From: Gemmatimonadaceae bacterium
GTDB lineage: Bacteria; Gemmatimonadota; Gemmatimonadetes; Gemmatimonadales; Gemmatimonadaceae
DNA length: 64,000 nt
Direction of reading: 5' to 3'
Assembly: GCA_051859245.1 (NCBI GenBank)
Contig: JBHYGA010000001.1
Location: forward strand, 672,001-736,000
The notes under the pieces were generated by a model, which worked only from the letters and a program-made list of their open reading frames with translations, did not search any database and was not told the DNA's origin. Numbering within the stretch: position 1 is the stretch's first letter; the number at the start of each line of letters is the position of its first letter. Positions 48,348 to 57,582 of the stretch are shown here, in pieces. Made by a program: the position numbers and the translations under genes.

Positions 48348-50116
48348 GCGCCAGCTCCGCGTAATGCCGTTTTGGCGGCGCGCTGACGCGTCTTTCGCGC
48401 GCGGCGATCCATCCACCAATCACGCAGGCCACCGCCGCGCGAACCGTCGGCGGTCTTTTCCACGCGAAGCAGCAGCACCAGACCCGCCAGTGTGAAAATC
48501 ACGTTCGCGGCCCACATCGCAATCACGGGTTCCACCGTGCCTTTGTCGGCCAGCGTTTCACCAGCCATCAAACACACGTAGTACGCACCAAACACCACCA
48601 GTGACACGCCGATGGTCACGCCAACGCCGCCGCGCGGAAAGCGCAAGGCAATCGGTGGTCCAAACAACACGAAGACAAAACACGCCATCGACAACGCGAA
48701 TTTCTTTTGCACTTCAACAGCGTACTTGCTCATGTCCATCAAAGCCGCCTGCAGCGCTTCCGGTGTGACAGCAAAGATGGCTGGCGGCGGTCGATTGGGA
48801 TCCAGTGCGGCGGCCGCACGCGCGGCAGCGGCCATGCTGTCGGCAATGTTCTGCGCTTGTCCAATCGGGAGCCCGTCTGCTCCCAGCACAACGCCGCCCG
48901 TCGCCATTGCAATGCTGTCACGCTTGCGCTGCTCGCCGGCCAGACTGTCCTGGATCAAGGCCTGTCGGCGCATCTGTTCGGCTTGCTGCTGCACTTGCGA
49001 TGATGCGCTGTCCTGCCTGGCTTGCGCACGCGCAATGCTGTCTCGACGCAGGGAATCACGAATCGTGGTGTCTTGCTGCCACGCCGCGTATAACCCAACC
49101 GCAGGAATCAGCGCCGGCACTGGTGCTGCCTCCGCCGTTTTTGGCGACAGCAACGCCGGAATTTTTTCGCAGTAGAGCCGAGCCAGACCACCGTGCGCCG
49201 GACGCGGACGCGGTACGCGTAACACGGCACCACTGCTCGCCGTGTCGGCCGCCTCGGCACGCAGCTGCGCAATCCAGCGCAGGCGACGCGTTTCGTATTC
49301 TTCAGCGCGCGCCACGTACTCGCGCTGCAGTTCACAGATGCCTTGCTCGCGCTCGCCCTTGTACGCGCCTTCGCGCTCCGACGAGCTGAAACCGCGTGCC
49401 AGATCTTTCACTTTCATGAGCTGCTGGCGAAAGAACGTGCGTTGCAACTGCTGCGCGTCGCCCTGAGCGAACTGCAGCTGTTCGCCGTCGTACAGCACGA
49501 GCTGCAAGTCAACGCTGTCGGGGGACATGGTAAACGTGCCGCTGTCGGCGTACACCGATTTGCGCTCGGCGGTGTTCTGGAGATCGTAAATCTCCACGTC
49601 ACGCATGCGATTGGAGGTCTCGTCGAGCCAGCCCACCTTCATGTAGAACGTGGGCGAGAGCTGCGTGAGCACCTGCGCCCGCAGGCCCACGGTGGGGCGC
49701 ACGTTCACGATATCGCCGAGCAGGATGCTCAGGCGATGATTGGCGCGCGGCAGCACCTGGTCGTTAAAGCCAATCATGAGAAAGGAAAGCACCGCGGCGA
49801 TGGCCAGCATGGGGGCCATCAACCGGCGCACGCGCACGCCACTGGCTTTGAATGCGGTGACTTCATGCTCAGACGCGAGGCGGCCAAAGGCGTGCAGTGT
49901 GGAGACCAGCACGGCCATGGGCAACGTCATCGCGATCGTGAACGGCAGCGACAGGAGCAGAAACTCGCCAATGACACGCCACGGCAAGCCCTTGCCTACC
50001 AACTTGTCGAGTTGGCGGGCAACGTATTGCAGCAGGAGCAGCGAAGTGAGCGCCGTGAGCGCGAACACGAGCGGCCCGATGTGCTCGCGCACGATGTAGC
50101 GGGTAATGATCCTCAC
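48344..50116 (-). CDS. lptF: LptF/LptG family permease (LptF-like) with a large insertion
   Basis: RYIVREH, LPMAVLV, EVTAFKASG, VEVQKKFALS, AMWAANVI; 590 aa, much longer than typical. Confidence 0.85.
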   Translation of the reverse strand: MRIITRYIVREHIGPLVFALTALTSLLLLQYVARQLDKLVGKGLPWRVIGEFLLLSLPFTIAMTLPMAVLVSTLHAFGRLASEHEVTAFKASGVRVRRLMAPMLAIAAVLSFLMIGFNDQVLPRANHRLSILLGDIVNVRPTVGLRAQVLTQLSPTFYMKVGWLDETSNRMRDVEIYDLQNTAERKSVYADSGTFTMSPDSVDLQLVLYDGEQLQFAQGDAQQLQRTFFRQQLMKVKDLARGFSSSEREGAYKGEREQGICELQREYVARAEEYETRRLRWIAQLRAEAADTASSGAVLRVPRPRPAHGGLARLYCEKIPALLSPKTAEAAPVPALIPAVGLYAAWQQDTTIRDSLRRDSIARAQARQDSASSQVQQQAEQMRRQALIQDSLAGEQRKRDSIAMATGGVVLGADGLPIGQAQNIADSMAAAARAAAALDPNRPPPAIFAVTPEALQAALMDMSKYAVEVQKKFALSMACFVFVLFGPPIALRFPRGGVGVTIGVSLVVFGAYYVCLMAGETLADKGTVEPVIAMWAANVIFTLAGLVLLLRVEKTADGSRGGGLRDWWMDRRARKTRQRAAKTALRGAGA

Positions 50117-50264
50117 GACATTGGGTCAGGCGTAACAAAAAGTGCGTGCGCGGACGAGCCGCTGTCGTCCATACGCACACCATAGGTTCGCCCAAGTGCC
50201 TTGAGCACCGGGGCGCGGCCCGTTCTATTCATCTAAATTCCCCCGGTATCTACTGCATTATCAA

Positions 50265-53200
50265 GTGCATTATACAGCGACTACGCTGGTTGTCCTTCCC
50301 GCTGCTGCCTCGGAGCGAGCCGTTCCGGCCCCTTTCGATCTGCTCGTACCCCACGAACGCCGCCCTGTGCGACTGATCGCCGCTGGCCTCAAACGGGTCG
50401 GCGCCGCCTTGGCCATCGCAGGGCTGCTGGCGGTCGGCGCGCATTCCCTGGCGGCGCAATCTCGTCCAACGGTAGGCGCTCCGGCGGACTCGGCGACGGC
50501 GCAACCGCCGGTTTTCCGAGGGGAGATTCTGTTCCGGCTTCCGGCGGGCCTGCGGCCGCTCACCCTCGGGGTGCTCCAGGGAAAGCCGTCGTCGGAGATC
50601 GCGGACGAGGCCGCGCAAGGGCTGGAGACACGGCTGCTGTCGCTCCGGACGCGGCAGTGGCAGCAGGCTGTACGAGCCACGCTCACCGGAACGCCAACCG
50701 GTCCGCTGCGTGAGCTGGCCGAAACCGCGCTGCCAGCGCGCGCGGCCAGCGAGGCTCGGGGGCCTGCGACCGCAGCGAGTCCCACCGAGTTGCTCGCCGG
50801 CATTGCCGATCTGAACGTTGATCTGAGCGCCCGGCTGGAAAGCAAGGTCGCCCGTTCGGTCAACGAGATCTGTACCGCCGCCCAGCGCGCGCAGTTCGGC
50901 TCGAACTGTTTCGCCACCTACCTGCCGGGCTTCGACTTTCAGGTGAATCTCGTGTCGAAAGGGGTGGTGGCCGATCGCGTGTTTGTGAACGTGGAATACG
51001 ATTCGCAAAACCAGTACGACGCGTCGAACAATATTTCACTGTTCTACCAGGGGCGCCCAGACGAAATCCTGCAACGCGTGGAAGTGGGCAACGTGAGTTT
51101 TCAGGCGCCCACCTCGCGATTCCTCACGGCCGGTATTCCGTCAAACAACTACGGCGTGCAGGCCAGCGGACAGTTCGGCCCCATGCAGTTCTCCACGATT
51201 ATTGCGCAGCAGCGCGGCAACGTGTCGCGCAACAATGTGTTTACGGTTGGCGATCGCTCGGTGCAGCAGGTGGATCGGGTCATTGAAGACATTCAGATCG
51301 AGTCGCGCCGTTTTTTCTTCACCATCGATCCGCGACAGCTCACCGGATTTCCCAACGTCGATATTCTCAACCGGCAAGCCATGCAACAGGCCGCCGCGTC
51401 GCTGCCGGACTCCGTGCGGCCGGCGCGCGTGTATGTGTATCGCCAACTCATCAGCGCGCAAAACCAGAATCCGTTGGGGCCACAGTTTTCCGTGCGTGGC
51501 GCGCGCAATCCGGCGCGTCAGATCTATGAAGTGCTGCGGGAGAATGTGGATTACTATCTCGATCCGTCGCAGCTGTGGATCGCCTTGGTGCGCCCGCTCG
51601 GCCTGAACAATGAACGCCTTGTGGTGGCGTACGACGTCAACGTTGGTGGTGTGCCGGGACGCAACGTGAACACCGGCGGTACGCCAGATATTCAGTTCAC
51701 ACCGGAACCACAGTTCGCGAATCTGCTCTGGGAACCCGAACTGCAACCGAGTGACTCGGCGTATTTTTTGCGCGAGATCAAGTCGGTGTATCGACTGGCT
51801 GGCGAAGAACTGCGACGCGAAACCGTGGATCTCAAAATCGTCACCAACACGAGCGGCGATCAGGAACAACCGCCCGATCCGTCACGCGGGCAAACGTATC
51901 TGCAGCTCTTCGGCTTGTCGCAGGCCACCAACGGGGCGCAGTTCGATGTTGAGAATCGACTGTGGCCTCGTCCGAATGATCCGAATATCTCAGCGGCTGG
52001 TGGAGCAGGGCAAAAACTGATTCGTGATTACTTCGTGGTCTTTCCGTCGCTGCAGCCCTTTGGACGCGCGGGACTCGCGCAGCCAATCGCCAATCCGGCG
52101 AACGACACCCTGTATTCGTATCCCAACGAGTATCTGTATTCTGCGCAGCGCCCGCAGTCGATCTTTCGCATACTTGCACGCTACGACGGAAGCTCCGATG
52201 GGGCCACCGGTGGAATCACGCTCGGCACCACACAATTGCGACCGGGCTCGGAACGAGTAGAACTTGACGGTCTGTTACTCGTGCGCGATCGCGACTACAC
52301 CGTGAGTTATGAAACGGGCCGCATTGCGTTCAATCGGCCCGACACGCTCTTTCCGCGTCCGCGCACCGTCAATGTGCGCTACGAAGAAAATCCGCTCTTC
52401 GCGCTCGCGGCGACTCCCACATCGATTCTTGGCTTTGCCTCGCGGTTCCCGCTCGACGCCGGCCAGTTCACCTTCACCGCAATCTCGCAGGAACAGCGCT
52501 CCGTCTCGAACCGTCCGGCGCTGGGGTACGAACCGGTAGGTTCGCTGGTGGCTGGACTGACCAGCGATCTCGCGTGGGAGGCTCCGCAGCTGAGCCGATT
52601 GATGTCGCGCCTCGGCCTTGGTGAAACCGGTGCCGCGTCACGTGTTGCGTTGCAGGGTGAGTTTGCGATGAGTCGACCGCGTCCAAACGCGGCCGGACAA
52701 GCGTACATCGAATCGTTCGAAGGGGACGCGGGCACACAGGTGCAGCTGTTCGAAGGAGCGTGGTATCTGGGTAGCCAGCCGCAAGGCTCCGCGCGCGTGC
52801 CGTCGCTCGGAAGCAACCTGTTTACCCTCAATCGCGCGACCACGCTCGCGTGGCAGAATACCGGGCTCACACGCAATGGACGATTCGTTGCGTACACCAT
52901 CGATCAGATCGATCCGTCGGCACGATTCACCACGAGTGGATTGCAGTCGCCGGAGCAGGTGCTGTTTCTGAATCTGTATCCACAGCGTGCGGGCGGCGGA
53001 CTTGGCTTTGAACCGTCTACGGGAAACCCAACATTTCAGTGGACCACCGGTAGCACATCGTCGCTGCCAACAGGACGTCGCTGGCGCACCATTCGCACAG
53101 TGCTCAATCCAAGTGGACGTGATTTGTCGCGCGTTGAGGATCTTGAGTTCTACGCGCTGGTGTACACGGACCCAGGAAGCGAGGCGCGCAATCCCACCCT

Positions 53201-56200
53201 TGTCTTTGACTTTGGTGAGATCAGCGAGAATAGTGTGGCCTACGCGCCTGATACGCTGATCATTCGGCCCAGCACCACCGTTCCAGGGCGCGTGGACACG
53301 CTGTATCGAGGCAAACGACTGGTCGGATACAACCGGCTTGATTCCGAACGTGATGCGTTCTCGCGTGCGTTCAACGCAGTGACGGATGACAACGGACTGC
53401 CGGAGAGCCTGCTCGATTCCGTCATCGTAATTGATTCAACCGCGGCCAATCCCACGCCCGTGCTCACCAGCGGTGTGGCGATCTGCAGCAGCACATCGCA
53501 AACGCAACAACTCATCGGCGACAGTCGCGCGAACTGCACGGCGCGCAACAATCGTCTCGACGAAGAAGACATCGATCTCGATGGACAGCTCAACATGTCC
53601 GCCGAAACGGCGCCTGAGTTGGAGCGATTCAAACGCTTTGTTGTTGACCTGTCAGACCGCAACACATGGACACGCGAAGGTCGTTGCCAGCGTACGGCTC
53701 CGCTTGATGCACCGGCGGATTCCGCGGAGCAATGTTGGGTGCAAGTGCGCCTGAACTGGCGCACGCCCACCGACTCTGTGGGCACGCAGAACGATCGCCG
53801 AGTGCGTGCGCTGCGACTGTCACTCGTGTCGAACGCGGCATTGCCCGATAGTGCATTTACCGGCACGGCACTCGCGCGCCTCCGTCTGGTTGGCGCGCCG
53901 TGGCTCAAGCGCACGGAGCGTCCGATCAGCGGACTCGCCGGTGATTCGTTGGCGTCGCTCAGCGGTGGGTATGTGATTGCGTCGGTGATCGGATCGCTCG
54001 ACTCGACGGGCGACGTTCCGTATTCGCCGCCGCCCGGTGTGGCCGAGGTGCCTGAAGACAGACAGACGGGTCTCGAAGCGAGTCGTGTGCAGGTGAACGA
54101 ACGCGCGCTGCGATTGCTTGCGGGCGGATCACCCGGACAGTCGTTCCGACCGTTCGATCGCGCTGAAGCCTATCTTCGCTTTCCTGAAGGTCTCAAGAGC
54201 TTCATGGGCTACCGCACGTTGCGCTTGTGGATGCGCGGTCGCGGGAGCGGTTGGGGCCCGGACGGCGAGCTGCAGGGATTCGTGAAGATCGGCCGTGATG
54301 AACACAACTTTTACGCCTACCGTACGCCGGTGAATACGGGCGCAACACAGAATGCGTGGGAGCCTGAAGTCCGCGTCAATCTGCAGCGCTTTCAAACACT
54401 CCGCGCGAAGCTCGAGAATTTGTTTCTGCAGGGCAGTGCCGACTCGATCGCGTGCAGTGGTGCCGATCTTGAGTTGGTGCGTCGCTCTGGTCTACCGATC
54501 ACCAGTACGGTGCGCCGCTACGCGGTGTGCGAAGATGGTTACATCGTGTACACCACCGATCCCACCGTCACACCACCCAACCTCGCTGGCGTGCAGGAGC
54601 TGGCCGTGGGTTTCGTGCGCGTGGATTCCGTGCCGCGTTCGGCCAATGCCATCATGCCGAATGACACACTTGAACTGTGGATCAACGACATTCGCTTGAC
54701 CGATGTGGTAGACGACATGGGCTTCGCTGGCGAACTCGGGCTCACGCTCAACGCCGGCGATTTCATGGACGTGCGCGGTGCAGTGCGTCGACGCGATCCA
54801 AACTTCCGTCAACTTGGTGAGGCGCCCAGCTTTCTCACCGAGAACGGCTTTTCGCTCGGCACCACGTTGCACCTCGAACATTTGTTTCCGAGGCGTTTCG
54901 GAATCGTGGCGCCGCTGTCCATAGACTACAGCGGCAACGAAGTGGATCAGCTCTTTGTCAATCGTACTGATATTCGCGCCGAGGGCATTGAAGGACTGCG
55001 CAACCCGCGCGCTGGTCGTGTGAACTATGCGCTGACGGTTCGCCGGGAAACGAGACTCACGGACGGATGGTACGCCGCGTTCGTCAACGGATTTGCGCTG
55101 AATGCGGCGTGGGGACGTGGCAGTTCGCAAAGCGCGTTCCAGACGGGTCGGTCGAACAACTACCTCGTCAACGCGATCCTGGATTTCACGAGCGCGCCGC
55201 GCGAAAGCCCGTTGCCGAGGTGGTCGCTGCGTGTCTTTGATGTCTTTCCTCAGTCGCTTCGCAACTCCCGGGCATTGCGTGCGCTTCGCGAAACGCCGGT
55301 TCGGTGGAATCCATCCGAGTTGCGATTCTCGAGCGGCCTGTCTCGACAGGCGGCGCGCACGACAAGCTTTTTGAAGCCAGCCTTTGCACAAGCGGACACC
55401 GGGCAAGTTGCCGAAGCGCTGAATCATGTGTGGCAGAACACGGGCGTGCTGGAGTTTCGTCCAACCGCATCGTTGAGCGCGCGAGTGAACGCACGGCAGG
55501 TATTGGATCTGCGCGATTACGCGAACGCATCCACGCTCGCCGACAGCGCCGAGCGTCGCGAAGCCACCGAGGCTGAGCGTATTCGCGTGCTGGGCGCGAA
55601 TGTTGGGTTGGAGCGTGAGCGGTCCGTCAATACGGCGTTTCGGTTTGCGCCCGCACTGTTGCCGTGGCTCCGACCGCGAGCGGAACTCACCACAGGATTT
55701 GCGCTCCTCAAGGATCCCAACGCGCGTGCGCTGCTGCGCAACGCGGATTCCCTTGGCGGACTGCGTCTGCCCAAACGCCTCGGCGCCAATCAGAGCGTCA
55801 CGACCGGACTCACGTTCGATCTCGTGCGTCTCACGGAAGGTCGATTCAATCCGCTGGTTACACGTTGGATTCGTGCGTTGCAACCGGTCGATGCCACATG
55901 GTTCCGGGCGCTCGATTCAAATTACGACAACGTATTCGCCGTACCGAACGGTGGGTATCAGTTCGGGTTTGGCGGTCTCGATCTGTTCCGCGGTGTTGAT
56001 GGCACACTCGCCACGGCGGCTGGTCGTACACGGCGTGTGATCGTCACGGGCGGGCTCAATCTGCCACTCTCGCTCAGCGTGACCACACGCGCCGAGTTGG
56101 GTCGTTCCGAAACGTGGTCCCGTCGTGTGCGTGACGGATTCCAGGCGCTGATCACGAGCGACCAGGACGTCTACCCGGACATCACGTTGCGTTGGCAGTG

Positions 56201-56801
56201 GCGTCCGGCCCGTTCGCTCGGCCCATTCGTTGGCCTTGGCGCCACGGCGGGTTACGCGCGCAATGCGCAGCGCACCGATGTGCTCAATGAGCTCGGCGGC
56301 TTCGCGGATCGCACGCGGGGTCGCGCCGAGCGCATGCCGATTTCGGCGAGTCTGTCGTGGAATGTGTTTGGCCCACTGACCACATCGGCGTCGCTCAGTC
56401 GCACCACACGATCCGATGAACGCCCCGGCGCGCTCACGAACAGTGAATCAAACGACGTGTCACTCGGTCTCGCGCGCACATTCGCGCTGCCCGCCGAGTG
56501 GAAGCAACGCAGCGGACTGCGGACACAACTCACCTGGCAACGACAGGGCGCTCGCAGTGTGGTCAGTAACGCGCTGACGTCATTGTCGTCCTCAACGCCA
56601 ACCCTCTTTGAGGCGGTGTTGGCAGACAACGGTCGTGAGGCCTTCAATCTCAATGCCGACACCGATCTGTCGGAGACGTTGACGTTCTCCCTCGCCGGAT
56701 CGCACGTGATCACATACGATCGCAACTTTAACCGGCGATTCGCGCAGACCACGTTCAGCGCAATCCTCCAGCTCAACTTTTTCGGAAGCGCGTTGCGATA
56801 G
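50265..56801 (+). CDS. sprA: SprA/Sov-like giant outer-membrane protein (T9SS translocon homolog); true start possibly GTG 50367
   Basis: 2178 aa, signal peptide; NVEYDSQ..YD..NNI.LFYQG.PDEILQRVEVGNVSF..P.SRF, GSERVELDG..L.RDRDYTV.YETGRI, YIESFEG, LDEEDIDLDG, ELWINDIRL; C-terminal amphipathic beta strands. Confidence 0.75.
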   Translation: MHYTATTLVVLPAAASERAVPAPFDLLVPHERRPVRLIAAGLKRVGAALAIAGLLAVGAHSLAAQSRPTVGAPADSATAQPPVFRGEILFRLPAGLRPLTLGVLQGKPSSEIADEAAQGLETRLLSLRTRQWQQAVRATLTGTPTGPLRELAETALPARAASEARGPATAASPTELLAGIADLNVDLSARLESKVARSVNEICTAAQRAQFGSNCFATYLPGFDFQVNLVSKGVVADRVFVNVEYDSQNQYDASNNISLFYQGRPDEILQRVEVGNVSFQAPTSRFLTAGIPSNNYGVQASGQFGPMQFSTIIAQQRGNVSRNNVFTVGDRSVQQVDRVIEDIQIESRRFFFTIDPRQLTGFPNVDILNRQAMQQAAASLPDSVRPARVYVYRQLISAQNQNPLGPQFSVRGARNPARQIYEVLRENVDYYLDPSQLWIALVRPLGLNNERLVVAYDVNVGGVPGRNVNTGGTPDIQFTPEPQFANLLWEPELQPSDSAYFLREIKSVYRLAGEELRRETVDLKIVTNTSGDQEQPPDPSRGQTYLQLFGLSQATNGAQFDVENRLWPRPNDPNISAAGGAGQKLIRDYFVVFPSLQPFGRAGLAQPIANPANDTLYSYPNEYLYSAQRPQSIFRILARYDGSSDGATGGITLGTTQLRPGSERVELDGLLLVRDRDYTVSYETGRIAFNRPDTLFPRPRTVNVRYEENPLFALAATPTSILGFASRFPLDAGQFTFTAISQEQRSVSNRPALGYEPVGSLVAGLTSDLAWEAPQLSRLMSRLGLGETGAASRVALQGEFAMSRPRPNAAGQAYIESFEGDAGTQVQLFEGAWYLGSQPQGSARVPSLGSNLFTLNRATTLAWQNTGLTRNGRFVAYTIDQIDPSARFTTSGLQSPEQVLFLNLYPQRAGGGLGFEPSTGNPTFQWTTGSTSSLPTGRRWRTIRTVLNPSGRDLSRVEDLEFYALVYTDPGSEARNPTLVFDFGEISENSVAYAPDTLIIRPSTTVPGRVDTLYRGKRLVGYNRLDSERDAFSRAFNAVTDDNGLPESLLDSVIVIDSTAANPTPVLTSGVAICSSTSQTQQLIGDSRANCTARNNRLDEEDIDLDGQLNMSAETAPELERFKRFVVDLSDRNTWTREGRCQRTAPLDAPADSAEQCWVQVRLNWRTPTDSVGTQNDRRVRALRLSLVSNAALPDSAFTGTALARLRLVGAPWLKRTERPISGLAGDSLASLSGGYVIASVIGSLDSTGDVPYSPPPGVAEVPEDRQTGLEASRVQVNERALRLLAGGSPGQSFRPFDRAEAYLRFPEGLKSFMGYRTLRLWMRGRGSGWGPDGELQGFVKIGRDEHNFYAYRTPVNTGATQNAWEPEVRVNLQRFQTLRAKLENLFLQGSADSIACSGADLELVRRSGLPITSTVRRYAVCEDGYIVYTTDPTVTPPNLAGVQELAVGFVRVDSVPRSANAIMPNDTLELWINDIRLTDVVDDMGFAGELGLTLNAGDFMDVRGAVRRRDPNFRQLGEAPSFLTENGFSLGTTLHLEHLFPRRFGIVAPLSIDYSGNEVDQLFVNRTDIRAEGIEGLRNPRAGRVNYALTVRRETRLTDGWYAAFVNGFALNAAWGRGSSQSAFQTGRSNNYLVNAILDFTSAPRESPLPRWSLRVFDVFPQSLRNSRALRALRETPVRWNPSELRFSSGLSRQAARTTSFLKPAFAQADTGQVAEALNHVWQNTGVLEFRPTASLSARVNARQVLDLRDYANASTLADSAERREATEAERIRVLGANVGLERERSVNTAFRFAPALLPWLRPRAELTTGFALLKDPNARALLRNADSLGGLRLPKRLGANQSVTTGLTFDLVRLTEGRFNPLVTRWIRALQPVDATWFRALDSNYDNVFAVPNGGYQFGFGGLDLFRGVDGTLATAAGRTRRVIVTGGLNLPLSLSVTTRAELGRSETWSRRVRDGFQALITSDQDVYPDITLRWQWRPARSLGPFVGLGATAGYARNAQRTDVLNELGGFADRTRGRAERMPISASLSWNVFGPLTTSASLSRTTRSDERPGALTNSESNDVSLGLARTFALPAEWKQRSGLRTQLTWQRQGARSVVSNALTSLSSSTPTLFEAVLADNGREAFNLNADTDLSETLTFSLAGSHVITYDRNFNRRFAQTTFSAILQLNFFGSALR

Positions 56802-56831
56802 TGACAGCGTGCTGTGACCGCAGCAAGCTCA

Positions 56832-56936
56832 GGTCAGCGAGAAAACAGCGGCGGGAAGGGCACGAAAGCACGCAGTTGCTCTTCTTCGTGTCCTTCGTGC
56901 CTTCGTGTCCTGCCCGCCGCTGTTCTCTTGCTGGCC
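56832..56936. repeat. Second copy of the CACGAA-type inverted repeat, left arm truncated
   Basis: GCAGTTGCTCTTCTTCGTGTCCTTCGTGCCTTCGTGTCCTGCCCGCCGC is nearly identical to the reverse complement of 44515-44563; left arm GCGGCGGGAAGGGCACGAAAGCACG. Confidence 0.88.
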
Positions 56937-57034
56937 GGATAATCTCGCCGACGCAAGCGCGATCTGCGTGAATTCGATGCCGCTCGCGCGATAACGGTGA
57001 AGCGAAACGGAAGCGCACCGCGAGTTTGTCTCGC

Positions 57035-57508
57035 ATGCCCACCGCCGCCGAACGCCAGGCCGTCGCCTTCCTCACCGCCGTTGCCGTGCTCGGCGGAAGC
57101 GTCCGCGTGCTGCAATCGCGCGCCCTGGACCAGGCAGTGGCGCAGGCTGCATCGCTGTCGCCGGAAGAGCAGGCGTCGGCCGACGACGAGCTGAACCGCC
57201 AGGCCACCGCCGTTGCGGCCGCCAAGGATAAGAAAAAGCCGTCGAAAAAGTCCGGCCCGCCCAGCGAGCCGATCGACGTGAACACCGCCACTGCCGAACA
57301 GCTCGACGCTCTCCCCCGCGTGGGACCAGCGCTCGCCGCCCGAATCGTCGCCGATCGCGACTCGCTGGGCCCCTTCGATTCGCTGGAGGCGTTACAGCGC
57401 GTGAAGGGAATCGGACCCGCCCTCGCCCGGGGACTGTCACCATACGTGACGTTTTCCACCGGGCTCCGTCCATTACACGTTGACACCTACCGCGGTCGGC
57501 CGCCCTGA
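57035..57508 (+). CDS. comEA: ComEA family helix-hairpin-helix DNA-binding protein
   Basis: N-terminal TM; IDVNTATAEQLDALPRVGPALAARIV..R...GPF.SLEAL.RVKGIG. Confidence 0.9.
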   Translation: MPTAAERQAVAFLTAVAVLGGSVRVLQSRALDQAVAQAASLSPEEQASADDELNRQATAVAAAKDKKKPSKKSGPPSEPIDVNTATAEQLDALPRVGPALAARIVADRDSLGPFDSLEALQRVKGIGPALARGLSPYVTFSTGLRPLHVDTYRGRPP

Positions 57509-57582
57509 TAGCGCGCGCCGCCCACGCTCGGCGTCTGTCCACTCCGCCCCTCGTTTCGCCCCTCGATCCGCCCGCTTGCTCC

